Part shown: piece by piece, positions 40,601-49,305 of the stretch
How the letters are laid out: each line of letters begins with the position of its first letter
Position numbering within the stretch: the stretch's first letter is position 1
Assembly: GCA_032654565.1 (NCBI GenBank)
Contig: JAULAX010000014.1
Span: 49,788 to 113,787 of the forward strand
Length of the DNA stretch: 64,000 nt
Source: Anaeromyxobacteraceae bacterium
Lineage (GTDB): Bacteria; Myxococcota; Myxococcia; Myxococcales; Anaeromyxobacteraceae
Direction: 5' to 3'
Program-made: the position numbers and the translations under genes
Notes under the pieces: generated by a model
The model's database searches: none
What the model was told of the DNA's origin: nothing
What the model saw: the letters and a program-made list of their open reading frames with translations, nothing else

Positions 40601-42322
40601 ACGCTCACCCAGTTCCTCGGCGTGGACATCTACAACAACCCCATCAACGTCACCAACCAGCTCTTCAACTTCGGGCAGGAGTACGTGTGGCACTGCCACC
40701 TCCTCGGTCACGAGGAGAACGACATGCTGCGCGCCGAGGTGTTCGTGGTGGCGCCGGAGGATCCGTCGGCGCTGGCCGGGTACCTGCGGATGTCGCCCAA
40801 GCTCCAGGCCGACCTGACCTGGACCGACAACTCGGCGAGCGCCATGACCTTCACGCTGCAGCGTGACGTCAGCGCCAGCTTCACCGCCCCCACCTCGTTC
40901 GTGGTGCCGCGGCCCGCCAAGCAGCCCGGCCCGGTGGTCTACTCCGACAAGGGTCCGCTGGCCGCCAACACCACCTACTACTACCGGGTCCGCGCCGAGA
41001 AGGTGCTCTCCAGCATCGCCGTCCCCGGCGCCACCTGGCCCGAGTCCTCGGCCTGGAGCAACACCTTCGCGGCCATCCCCGCCCCCATCGCCCAGCTGCT
41101 CCCGGCGTCGACCACCTTCGGCGTCCAGGTGGCCGGCACCACCAGCCAGGTCCGCAAGCTGACGCTCACCAACGTCGGCACCGCCACCATGACCATCGGC
41201 GCCACCTCCTTCACCGGCGCCAACCTGGTCGACTTCGTGGTGGTCTCCAACAGCTGCGGCGTCACCCTGGCCGTGGGCGCCTCCTGCAACATCAACATCG
41301 CCTTCAAGCCGCTGACCGCGGGCCTGAAGTCGGCGTCCCTCACGGTGGTGACCAACTCGGCCATCAACCCGGTCCAGACGGTGGCCATCACCGCCACCGG
41401 CGTGGCCCCGCTGGCCTCGGTCAGCCCGACCTCGCTGGTCTTCGGCAACCAGGCCATCAGCACCACCAGCCTCGCCAAGACGGTGACCCTGGTCAACCGC
41501 GGCAGCTCCACGCTGCTCAACATCACCGTCACCACCACCGGCAACTTCGCCCGGACCTTCGCCGGGGTGAACAGCTGCGGCGGGTCGCTCGCCGTCGGCG
41601 CCAGTTGCAACATCTACGTCACCTTCAGGCCGACCGCGGGCGGTCCGCGCACCGGCACCCTCTCCATCGCCAGCAGCGATCCTGCCTCGCCGATGGTGGT
41701 GACGCTCTCCGGCACCGGCCTCTTCGCCGCCGCCACCGGCGTCACCCTGGCGGCCGCTCCGACCGTCTCCACGGCGGCCGGCACCACGGTGGTCTTCACC
41801 GCCAACGGCACCGGCGCCGGGGCTGGAGCCGTCTACTCCTACCGGTTCTGGCTCTTCGACGGCGCCACCTGGACCCTGGCCCAGGACTACAGCACCGCCG
41901 CGACCTGGACCTGGGCCATCCCGGTCGGGCAGCTCCCCGGGGCCTACACCGTCTCGGTGGACGTGCGGACCAACCCGAGCGTCATCCTCGACCGGACCAC
42001 CTCGATCACCTACACGGTGGACCCGGTCGCCCCGGCCACCGGCGCCACGCTGGTCAGTGACCTGGCCAGCCCGCAGGCGGCCGGCACCGCCGTCGTCTTC
42101 ACCGCCGCCGGCTCCGGCTCCACGGCGCCGTACCAGTACCAGTTCTGGTTCTTCGACGGCCTCACCTGGAGCATGGTCCAGGACTACAGCGCCGTGGCGA
42201 CCTGGAACTGGACCGCCACGACGCCGGCGCTGGGGACGTTCAACACGGTCCAGGTCTACGTGCGGACCAGCCCGTGGGTGACGTTCGACTTCATGCAGAC
42301 ACTGGACTTCACGGTCCCGTAG
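37667..42322 (+). CDS. Large secreted multicopper oxidase (OmpB/MofA-like) with FN3 and Ig-like C-terminal domains
   Basis: All four Cu motifs present: IHLHG, FYHDH, HVIHFHL, WHCHLLGHEENDM. Signal peptide; LTWTDNS...YYYRVRA FN3; two ASH-like and two QDYS Ig repeats. Confidence 0.9.
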   Translation: MHQRTLSGFARFAVAAVTLLCGGLSAYAQVGVPDYYAKPNYAVSKLPTASCRDALGVVMAPAVLCWKDSECPGFLPPFVIGAQTYPGGSTCTGPVAAGTGIRKFVDTLPVLCPLGATDTLGKCLPLAVPDKLTFPGNDYYELGVKEYFTRFHTDLPNPAKQRGFRQINSTDPAVNQNQFLGPIIVGQSYRPVRMKFVNELGIGAAGALNLPVDTTLPGVGDGPDGTRFTENRIAIHLHGGNSPWISDGTQHQWTVPAGEATTLKKGMAVAYVPDMWFDSTGKLLPECAGQMTCATPGASNNPGDGMLSYYWPNEQSGRLMFYHDHAYGITRLNVMAGVAAGYLLANPSDEDALAAAGVPGTLGSNFFGVIPGPTDPAATDADLAHLIPLVIQDRTFVPPSAQLSFYDSTWDPAKWGGEDSVWLSHVYTPNQWLGNPDGTATNPFGRWDYGPFFWPPQQSLTSLDGLPRPLTVPCTSTAAIDLTLDPATGLAKNPTGATECPSTPNPSLTPESFLDTPIVNGTAYPTLTVDPTRYRFQVLNAANDRYWNLSFFVADPIQYGPLPNTEVKMVKALPGYLPNISYTGLGAPPEMCSPQSALSQVTGLPVGPDLPVTSCTPSRWPTDGRVGGAPDPTSVGPRWIQIGTEAGILPAVAELAPLPVVYELNKRSIVVTNILDHSLYLGPAERADVVVDFSAYAGKTLILYSDSPSPVPAGDPKTDYFTWGPDFSESGGAPTPLPGYGPNTRTIMQVTVRAAITAPVPAPQAAPLDNAEVARIDAALKARFPVSQLKPIVPETVFSGMYTNGVDPTPVTITADTHLPISVQSLTFIPVGASAPVTMPFQWKALHELFSNDYGRMNSLLAVEIPMTNWLGQTTIPYSNVDPATEFITDNQPALWKVTHNGVDTHVIHFHLMNVQIINRVGWDGQIRAPDANELGWKESVRMNQLEDIYIALQPVKQKLPWPLPDMVRPLDVDRPLGTLTQFLGVDIYNNPINVTNQLFNFGQEYVWHCHLLGHEENDMLRAEVFVVAPEDPSALAGYLRMSPKLQADLTWTDNSASAMTFTLQRDVSASFTAPTSFVVPRPAKQPGPVVYSDKGPLAANTTYYYRVRAEKVLSSIAVPGATWPESSAWSNTFAAIPAPIAQLLPASTTFGVQVAGTTSQVRKLTLTNVGTATMTIGATSFTGANLVDFVVVSNSCGVTLAVGASCNINIAFKPLTAGLKSASLTVVTNSAINPVQTVAITATGVAPLASVSPTSLVFGNQAISTTSLAKTVTLVNRGSSTLLNITVTTTGNFARTFAGVNSCGGSLAVGASCNIYVTFRPTAGGPRTGTLSIASSDPASPMVVTLSGTGLFAAATGVTLAAAPTVSTAAGTTVVFTANGTGAGAGAVYSYRFWLFDGATWTLAQDYSTAATWTWAIPVGQLPGAYTVSVDVRTNPSVILDRTTSITYTVDPVAPATGATLVSDLASPQAAGTAVVFTAAGSGSTAPYQYQFWFFDGLTWSMVQDYSAVATWNWTATTPALGTFNTVQVYVRTSPWVTFDFMQTLDFTVP

Positions 42323-42355
42323 GCCGGCTCGGCCCCAGGCCGAGTCTCGGAGCGG

Positions 42356-42395
42356 AGCAGGGGTTGCCCACGCGGGCAGCCCCTGCTGCCGTTTT
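42356..42395 (+). terminator. Intrinsic terminator after the multicopper oxidase
   Basis: AGCAGGGGTTGCCC-ACGC-GGGCAGCCCCTGCT followed by GCCGTTTT. Confidence 0.65.
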
Positions 42396-42531
42396 GGGGG
42401 GTCCCATCCCCCTCTCGGCGACTGCGCGCTGCGTCATGCAGTTTTTTCGCGAAACGCTTGCGAGCGGGTGTGGCGCTCTGCCATCGTGAACATTCCGTTT
42501 CTTCCTGCTCCGACGGGGACCCCCGATCTCC

Positions 42532-43302
42532 ATGCTCGATGTTCGCGGCATCATCCTGCACTTCCGAGGCGTGGCTGCCCTCTCGGACGTGAGCTTCAAG
42601 GTCCGGCCCAGGGCCATCCACGCCATCATCGGCCCCAACGGGGCTGGCAAGACCAGCCTGCTCAACTGCATCTCCGGCGTCTACCGGCCGCAGCACGGCT
42701 CCATCCACTTCGACGGCCAGGACATCTCCCGGCTCTCCCCGTCGGCGCGCACCAAGCTGGGCATCGCCCGAACCTTCCAGAACATCGCCCTCTTCAAGGG
42801 CATGTCGGTGCTCGACAACCTGCTCATCGGCCGCCACGTCCACCAGAAGACCGGGGTGCTGGGCGGCGGGATCTACTGGGGATTCGGCCAGCGCGAGGAG
42901 ATCGAGCACCGCGCCCTGGTCGAGGACATCATCGACTTCCTGGAGATCCAGCACATCCGCAAGAAGGTGGTGGGCACGCTCGCCTACGGCCTGCAGAAGC
43001 GGGTGGAGCTGGCCCGGGCGCTGGCGCTGGCCCCTCGCCTGCTCCTCCTCGACGAGCCCATGGCCGGGATGAACGCCGAGGAGAAGGAGGACATGGCCCG
43101 CTTCGTCGTCGAGACCGCCGAGGAGCGCGGCACCACCATCCTCATGATCGAGCACGACATGGGGGTGGTGATGGACCTCTCCAGCCAGGTCACCGTGCTC
43201 AACTTCGGCGAGAAGATCGCCGACGGCCCGCCCGAGGAGGTCCAGGGCAGCGCCGCGGTGCAGGAAGCCTACCTGGGCGAACCCTCCGAACTCTCCGCCT
43301 GA
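42532..43302 (+). CDS. LIV-type ABC ATP-binding protein (LivG-like)
   Basis: GPNGAGKTS, LAYGLQKRVE, LLDEPMAG, IEHDM. Confidence 0.93.
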   Translation: MLDVRGIILHFRGVAALSDVSFKVRPRAIHAIIGPNGAGKTSLLNCISGVYRPQHGSIHFDGQDISRLSPSARTKLGIARTFQNIALFKGMSVLDNLLIGRHVHQKTGVLGGGIYWGFGQREEIEHRALVEDIIDFLEIQHIRKKVVGTLAYGLQKRVELARALALAPRLLLLDEPMAGMNAEEKEDMARFVVETAEERGTTILMIEHDMGVVMDLSSQVTVLNFGEKIADGPPEEVQGSAAVQEAYLGEPSELSA

Positions 43303-43319
43303 CCCCCGACGGGACCACC

Positions 43320-45248
43320 GTGAGCTCACTCGACCGCCTCGGCCACGACGACACCTTTCCGAAGCTGCTGGTCCGCAACGCGCGGACCATGCCGGACAAG
43401 GTGGCGCTGCGCGAGAAGGAGTTCGGCATCTGGCAGTCGTTCACCTGGCGCGACTACCACGACCACGTCCGCGACTTCTCGCTGGGGCTGGTGGCGCTGG
43501 GGCTGAAGCCCGGCGAGAACGTCGCCATCATCGGCGAGAACCGGCCGGAGTGGGTGATGAGCGAGATCGCCGCGCAGGCCTGCGGCGCCGCCTCGGTGGG
43601 GCTCTACCAGGACTCCAACCTCGCCGACGTGGCCTTCGTCATCGACCACTGCGACGCCTCGGTGGTGGTGGCGGAGGACCAGGAGCAGGTCGACAAGATC
43701 CTCGACCTGCTGGAGAAGCTCCCCAAGGTCCGCTGGGTGGTCTTCACCGACCCGCGCGGGCTGCGCAAGTACCAGCACGAGAAGCTCATCTCCTTCACCG
43801 ACGTCGAGGCCCGCGGCCGGGCCCTGGACACCGAGCAGCCCGGGCTCTGGGACGCCAACGTGGCCCGCGGCAAGGTCTCCGACCTGGCCATCATCTCCTA
43901 CACCTCCGGGACCACCGGCTTCCCCAAGGGGGCCATGCTCTCCTTCAGCAACCTGCTGGGGATGGCCATGAACCTGCACGCCGTGGACGAGAAGCGCCCC
44001 GGCGACGAGTTCGTCAGCTTCCTGCCGCTGGCCTGGATCGGCGAGCAGATGATGTCGCTCTCCAGCGCCCTGGCCATCGGCTTCACGGTGAACTTCCCCG
44101 AGGAGACCGAGACCACCGCCGAGAACATCCGCGAGATCGGCCCGCACGTCATGTTCGCGCCGCCCCGCTTCTGGGAGTCGATGACCTCCACCGTGCAGGT
44201 GAAGATCATGGACACCACGCCGTTCAAGCGGTTCATGTTCAACCTCTGCATGCCCATCGGGCGCAAGGTCGCCGACCTGCGCTTCGAGAAGAAGCCCATC
44301 CCCTTCCGCCTCCGGGTGCTCTACCGGCTGGCCTACTGGGGGCTCTTCCGCGCCCTGCGCGACCGGCTCGGCTTCACCTACATCCGCAGCGCCTCCACCG
44401 GCGGCGCCGCCCTCGGCCCCGACGTCTTCGGCTTCTTCCACGCCATGGGCGTGCGCTTGAAGCAGATCTACGGCCAGACCGAGATCTCCGGGATCAGCTG
44501 CATCCACCGCGACGAGGACATCCAGTCGCACACCGTCGGCATCCCCATCCCCGAGACCGAGGTGCGCATCTCCGCCGACGGCGAGATCCTCTCGCGCAGC
44601 CCGTCGGTCTTCATGGGCTACTACAAGAACCCGGAGGCCACCGCCAAGACCGTGGTCGACGGCTGGCTCCACTCCGGCGACGCCGGCTACCTGGCGCCCG
44701 ACGGCCAGCTGGTGGTGATCGACCGGCTCAAGGACGTGATGAAGCTGGCCGACGGGACCCAGTTCTCGCCCCAGTTCATCGAGAACCGGCTCAAGTTCTC
44801 CCCCTACGTCAAGGAGGCGGTGGTCATCGGCCACCACCGGCCCTTCCTCACCGCCATGCTCTGCATCGACATGGGCGTGGTGGGCAAGTGGGCCGAGAAG
44901 AACCGCATCTCCTACACCACCTACACCGATCTCTCCTCCAAGCCGCAGGTCTACGACCTGCTGCAGCGCGAGGTGGACCTGGTCAACGAGAAGCTCCCCG
45001 ACGCCGCCCGCATCGCCAAGTTCGTCCTGCTCTACAAGGAGCTCGACGCCGACGACGAGGAGTTGACCCGCACCCGCAAGGTCCGGCGCGGCTTCGTCGA
45101 GGAGCGCTACGCCGAGGTCATCTCCGCCCTCTACGGCGAGGCCCCCGAGGTGGCCATCGACACCACCATCAAGTTCCAGGACGGCAAGACCACCCGCATC
45201 CGCACCACGCTGCTGGTGCGCAAGCTCTCCATGGGAAAGGTGGCCTAG
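43320..45248 (+). CDS. Long-chain-fatty-acid--CoA ligase (ABC-associated)
   Basis: YTSGTTGFPKG, FLPLAWIGE, QIYGQTE, WLHSGDAG, ELTRTRKVRR. Confidence 0.92.
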   Translation: MSSLDRLGHDDTFPKLLVRNARTMPDKVALREKEFGIWQSFTWRDYHDHVRDFSLGLVALGLKPGENVAIIGENRPEWVMSEIAAQACGAASVGLYQDSNLADVAFVIDHCDASVVVAEDQEQVDKILDLLEKLPKVRWVVFTDPRGLRKYQHEKLISFTDVEARGRALDTEQPGLWDANVARGKVSDLAIISYTSGTTGFPKGAMLSFSNLLGMAMNLHAVDEKRPGDEFVSFLPLAWIGEQMMSLSSALAIGFTVNFPEETETTAENIREIGPHVMFAPPRFWESMTSTVQVKIMDTTPFKRFMFNLCMPIGRKVADLRFEKKPIPFRLRVLYRLAYWGLFRALRDRLGFTYIRSASTGGAALGPDVFGFFHAMGVRLKQIYGQTEISGISCIHRDEDIQSHTVGIPIPETEVRISADGEILSRSPSVFMGYYKNPEATAKTVVDGWLHSGDAGYLAPDGQLVVIDRLKDVMKLADGTQFSPQFIENRLKFSPYVKEAVVIGHHRPFLTAMLCIDMGVVGKWAEKNRISYTTYTDLSSKPQVYDLLQREVDLVNEKLPDAARIAKFVLLYKELDADDEELTRTRKVRRGFVEERYAEVISALYGEAPEVAIDTTIKFQDGKTTRIRTTLLVRKLSMGKVA

Positions 45249-45252
45249 CCCC

Positions 45253-46140
45253 ATGGAATTCTTCCTGCAGCTGGTGGTGAGCGGCCTGGTGATCGGCTCC
45301 ATCTACGCGCTGGTCGGGCTGGGCTTCGTCATCATCTACAAGTCCTCCTCGATCCTGAACTTCGCGCAGGGCGAGTTCCTCATGCTCGGCTCCTACGTCT
45401 GCGTGGCCATCTTCAGCACCCACAAGGTCCCCTTCGTGGCCGCCTTCCTCATCACCCTCGGCTTCTCGGCGCTGCTCGGGGTGCTCATGGAGCGGCTGCT
45501 GCTGCGCCCCATGATCGGCGAGCCGGTCATCTCGGTGATCATGCTGACCCTGGGGCTCTCCTCGGTCTTGAAGGCCGTGGTGCAGGGGATCTGGGGCACC
45601 GACACCCGCCCCTACCCGGAGATCTTCCCCACCACCCCGGTGATGGTCGGCCCGCTGCCGGTCTCGCAGGGGTACCTCTACAGCGTGGCCTGCGTGGCGG
45701 TGCTGCTGACCCTGTTCTCGGTCTTCTTCAAGTACTCGCGCGCCGGCATCGCCATGCGGGCCACCGCCTTCTCGCAGCAGGTGGCCATGTCGATGGGCAT
45801 CTCGGTGAAGGCCATCTTCGCCCTGGCCTGGTCGATCGCCGCCGTGGTCTCGGCGGTGGGCGGGGTGCTGCTGGGCGGCATCCGCGGCGGCGTCGACGGG
45901 GCCTTCGCCCTCTTTGGCTTGAAGGTGATCCCGGTGGTGATCCTGGGAGGGCTGGACAGCGTGCTCGGGGCCATCGTCGGCGGCCTGGTGATGGGGGTGC
46001 TGGAGAACCTCTCCGGCGGCTACCTCGACCCGCTCATGGGCGGCGGCGTCAAGGAGGTGGCCCCCTTCATCGCCCTGGTGGCCATCCTCTCGGTGAAGCC
46101 CTACGGGTTGTTCGGCAAGGTCAAGATCGAGCGGGTCTAG
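45253..46140 (+). CDS. LIV-type ABC permease (LivH-like)
   Basis: YALVGLGFVIIYKSS.ILNFAQG, ILGGLDS, KPYGLFG. Confidence 0.93.
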   Translation: MEFFLQLVVSGLVIGSIYALVGLGFVIIYKSSSILNFAQGEFLMLGSYVCVAIFSTHKVPFVAAFLITLGFSALLGVLMERLLLRPMIGEPVISVIMLTLGLSSVLKAVVQGIWGTDTRPYPEIFPTTPVMVGPLPVSQGYLYSVACVAVLLTLFSVFFKYSRAGIAMRATAFSQQVAMSMGISVKAIFALAWSIAAVVSAVGGVLLGGIRGGVDGAFALFGLKVIPVVILGGLDSVLGAIVGGLVMGVLENLSGGYLDPLMGGGVKEVAPFIALVAILSVKPYGLFGKVKIERV

Positions 46141-46147
46141 GAGAGCC

Positions 46148-47191
46148 ATGCGCTGTGGAGACTTCAGGGAGACGTACGCCGAGGACATGGCCCTCTTCGA
46201 GACCGCCTTTGCCCGGCGCATGATGATCGCCTTCCTGGTGACCCTGGTGGCGGTGCCCTGGCTGGCCTCGGCCTTCTGGCTCGACGTGACGTTGCGCATC
46301 CTCATCGCCATCATCGCCGCCACCGGCCTCAACATCCTCACCGGCTTCACCGGCCAGATCTCGCTCGGCAACGCCGCCTTCCTCGCCGTCGGGGCCTACG
46401 CCACCGCCTACCTGGCCGGCCGCTGGAACCTCCCCTTCCCGGTGGTGATCCCGGCCGCCGGCCTGATCGCCGCGCTGGTGGGGATGATCTTCGGGATCCC
46501 CTCGCTGCGCCTCAAGGGGCTCTACCTGGCGGTGGCCACGCTGGCCGCCCACTTCGTCATCGAGTTCGGCGCCTCGCACTGGGAGTCGGTGACCGGCGGC
46601 GTCAACGGCATCAGCATCCCTTCTCCCAGGGCCGGGCCGCTGGTACTGGCCAGCGACCGGCAGCTCTACTTCCTGGCCCTGCCGGTGACGGCCAGCCTGC
46701 TGCTCTTCGCCCGCAACCTCTTCCGCACCAAGGTGGGCAAGGCCTTCGTCGCCATCCGCGACCAGGACATCTCCTCCGAGGTCATGGGGGTCAACGTCTT
46801 CCGCTACAAGCTGCTCTCCTTCGCCATCTCCAGCTTCTACGTGGGGGTGGCCGGCTCGCTGCTGGCCTACCAGTCCCGAATCATCAGCCCGGAGAACTTC
46901 CCCATCACCGTGGCCGTCGACCAGCTCGGCATGATCATCATCGGCGGGCTGGGCTCGCTGCTTGGCTCGGTCTTCGGCGCCGTCTTCATCACCCTGCTGC
47001 CCGAGCTGCTGCGGCTGGTCACCGGCGCCCTGTCCTCCACCTTCCCCGAGCTGACCACGCTGTTCGCCTCGGTGAAGATGGGCGTCTTCGGCCTGGCCAT
47101 CGTCCTCTTCCTGATCTTCGAGCCCGACGGCATGGCGGCTCGCTGGCACCACATCAAGACCTACTGGAAGCTCTACCCGTTCTCGTATTGA
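46148..47191 (+). CDS. LIV-type ABC permease (LivM-like)
   Basis: GLNILTGFTGQISLG, LRLKGLYLAVATLA, AIRDQD, IIGGLGS. Confidence 0.93.
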   Translation: MRCGDFRETYAEDMALFETAFARRMMIAFLVTLVAVPWLASAFWLDVTLRILIAIIAATGLNILTGFTGQISLGNAAFLAVGAYATAYLAGRWNLPFPVVIPAAGLIAALVGMIFGIPSLRLKGLYLAVATLAAHFVIEFGASHWESVTGGVNGISIPSPRAGPLVLASDRQLYFLALPVTASLLLFARNLFRTKVGKAFVAIRDQDISSEVMGVNVFRYKLLSFAISSFYVGVAGSLLAYQSRIISPENFPITVAVDQLGMIIIGGLGSLLGSVFGAVFITLLPELLRLVTGALSSTFPELTTLFASVKMGVFGLAIVLFLIFEPDGMAARWHHIKTYWKLYPFSY

Positions 47192-47241
47192 CGTCGTACC
47201 CCCGCAGCGGCAGCCCAACCGAAGGACACGGAGGCATCCAC

Positions 47242-48426
47242 ATGCACCTCAGGCGAAGCGCGATGCGATTGGCGATGGCGGTGGCGATGCTGGCCACCGG
47301 ACAGGCGGTGGCCCAGGAGATCAAGGTCGGCGGCATCTTCGACCTGACCGGCATCACCTCGGACGTGGGCAAGCCCTACGCCCAGGGGGTCCGCGACTAC
47401 GTGGCCCTCACCAACTCCAAGGGCGGCGTCAACGGCAAGAAGATCAAGCTCATCGACGTGGACTACGCCTACAAGATCCCCGAGGCGGTCTCCGCCTACA
47501 AGCGGATGAAGGAGGAGCAGGTCGTCCTCATCAACGGCTGGGGCACCGGCGACACCCTGGCCCTCAAGAACTTCGTCAACGAGGACAAGATCCCGTACAT
47601 CTCGGCCTCCTTCGCAGGGGACCTCACCGACCCGGCCAAGACCCCCTACAACTACTTCGTGGCCCCCAGCTACTCCGACCAGCTCCGCGCCTGGCTCAGC
47701 TGGGTGAAGGAGGACTGGAAGGACAAGACCCGCGCCCCCAAGGTGGCCTTCTTCTACGGCGACAACGCCTACGGCAAGGCCCCCATGCCGGCCGGCCGCG
47801 CCTTCGCCAAGGAGAACGGCATCGAGGTGGTCGACGAGGAGATCCTGCCCGGCAACTTCCAGGACGCCACCAGCCAGCTGCTCAACATGAAGCAGAAGGG
47901 GGCGGACTACGCCTACATCAACGTCACCGTCACCGGCGTGTCGCTGGTGCTCAAGGGGGCCAAGGCGCTCGGCCTGGCCACCAAGTGGGGCTCCAACCCG
48001 TACGGCTTCTCCGAGGCGCTCCCGCTGGTGGCCAAGGAGGCGGCCGAGGGGGTCACCGGCGTGGTGCCGCACGTCCCCTACGGCACCGCGGTGCCGGGCA
48101 TGAAGGCGCTGGAGGACTACCACAAGGCCAACCACCCCACCGACACCCACGACGCGCTCTACGTGCGCGGCTGGACCGGGGCCATCGTCTGGGTGGAGGC
48201 CCTGAAGCGGGCCGACAAGGCCGGCAAGCTCACCGGCGAGGGCGTCCGCGCCGCGCTGGAGACCTTCAAGGACTTCGACCTGGGCGGCCTGACCAGCCCG
48301 GTGACCTGGACCCCGACCGACCACCGCCCCTCCACCAGGACCTCCGTCTTCATCATCAAGGACGGCAAGCTGGTCAAGGTGAAGGACTACGACATGCCCC
48401 GCCGGGCCGACTGGCTCGGCCTCTAG
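47242..48426 (+). CDS. LIV-type ABC substrate-binding protein
   Basis: GGAGG RBS; signal peptide AVA-Q; IFDLTG.TSDVG, GGVNGKKI, GWGTGDT. Confidence 0.92.
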   Translation: MHLRRSAMRLAMAVAMLATGQAVAQEIKVGGIFDLTGITSDVGKPYAQGVRDYVALTNSKGGVNGKKIKLIDVDYAYKIPEAVSAYKRMKEEQVVLINGWGTGDTLALKNFVNEDKIPYISASFAGDLTDPAKTPYNYFVAPSYSDQLRAWLSWVKEDWKDKTRAPKVAFFYGDNAYGKAPMPAGRAFAKENGIEVVDEEILPGNFQDATSQLLNMKQKGADYAYINVTVTGVSLVLKGAKALGLATKWGSNPYGFSEALPLVAKEAAEGVTGVVPHVPYGTAVPGMKALEDYHKANHPTDTHDALYVRGWTGAIVWVEALKRADKAGKLTGEGVRAALETFKDFDLGGLTSPVTWTPTDHRPSTRTSVFIIKDGKLVKVKDYDMPRRADWLGL

Positions 48427-48441
48427 TTCGTTGGTGAACCC

Positions 48442-48471
48442 GGAGGGGCGGGCCACGCGGCTCGCCCCTCC
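48442..48471 (+). terminator. Intercistronic stem-loop after the SBP gene (stabiliser or attenuating terminator)
   Basis: GGAGGGGCGGGCC-ACGC-GGCTCGCCCCTCC. Confidence 0.5.
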
Positions 48472-48492
48472 CTTCCGCCGCCCCGAGCCCGC

Positions 48493-49278
48493 ATGCTCCA
48501 CCTGAAGAACGTCGAGGTCATCTACGACGACGTCATCCTCGTCCTCAAGGGGCTCTCCCTCCACGTCCCGGAGGGGAAGATCGTGGCCCTGCTCGGCTCC
48601 AACGGGGCCGGCAAGAGCACCACCCTCAAGGCCATCTCCGGCCTGCTCCACACCGAGGAGGGCGAGGTCACCGACGGCACCATCGAGTTCCAGGGGCAGC
48701 GCATCGACGGCGTGGCCCCCGAGCAGATCGTCCGGCGCGGCATCTTCCAGGTCATGGAGGGGCGCCGCGTCTTCGAGGACCTGACGGTCGAAGAGAACAT
48801 CGTCGTGGGCGGCTACACCCGCAACGATCGGGCCGGCCTGAAGCGCGACACCGAGATGGTCTACGCCTACTTCCCCCGGCTCCACGAGCGCCGCAAGCGC
48901 CTGGCCGGCTACCTCTCTGGCGGCGAGCAGCAGATGCTGGCCATCAGCCGCGCCTTGATGGCGCGCCCCAAGCTGATCCTGCTCGACGAGCCGAGCCTGG
49001 GGCTGGCGCCGCTGCTGGTGAAGGAGATCTTCGGGATCGTCAAGCGCATCAACGCCGAGGAGAAGACCACCTTCCTCCTCGTCGAGCAGAACGCCAACCT
49101 CGCCCTCTCCATCGCCCACTACGGCTACGTCATGGAGAACGGCCGCATCGTGCTCGACGGCGACGCCGAGAAGCTCCGCTCCAACGAGGACGTCAAGGAG
49201 TTCTACATGGGTGGCGGGGCCGGGAAGAGCTACAAGAACCTGAAGTTCTACAAGCGCCGCAAGCGCTGGCTGAGCTAG
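48493..49278 (+). CDS. LIV-type ABC ATP-binding protein (LivF-like)
   Basis: GSNGAGKST, LSGGEQQM, LDEPSLGLAP, C-terminal YKRRKRWL. Confidence 0.93.
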   Translation: MLHLKNVEVIYDDVILVLKGLSLHVPEGKIVALLGSNGAGKSTTLKAISGLLHTEEGEVTDGTIEFQGQRIDGVAPEQIVRRGIFQVMEGRRVFEDLTVEENIVVGGYTRNDRAGLKRDTEMVYAYFPRLHERRKRLAGYLSGGEQQMLAISRALMARPKLILLDEPSLGLAPLLVKEIFGIVKRINAEEKTTFLLVEQNANLALSIAHYGYVMENGRIVLDGDAEKLRSNEDVKEFYMGGGAGKSYKNLKFYKRRKRWLS

Positions 49279-49305
49279 CCGGCCCGGCCGCGAGGAGCAC
49301 CCGTC

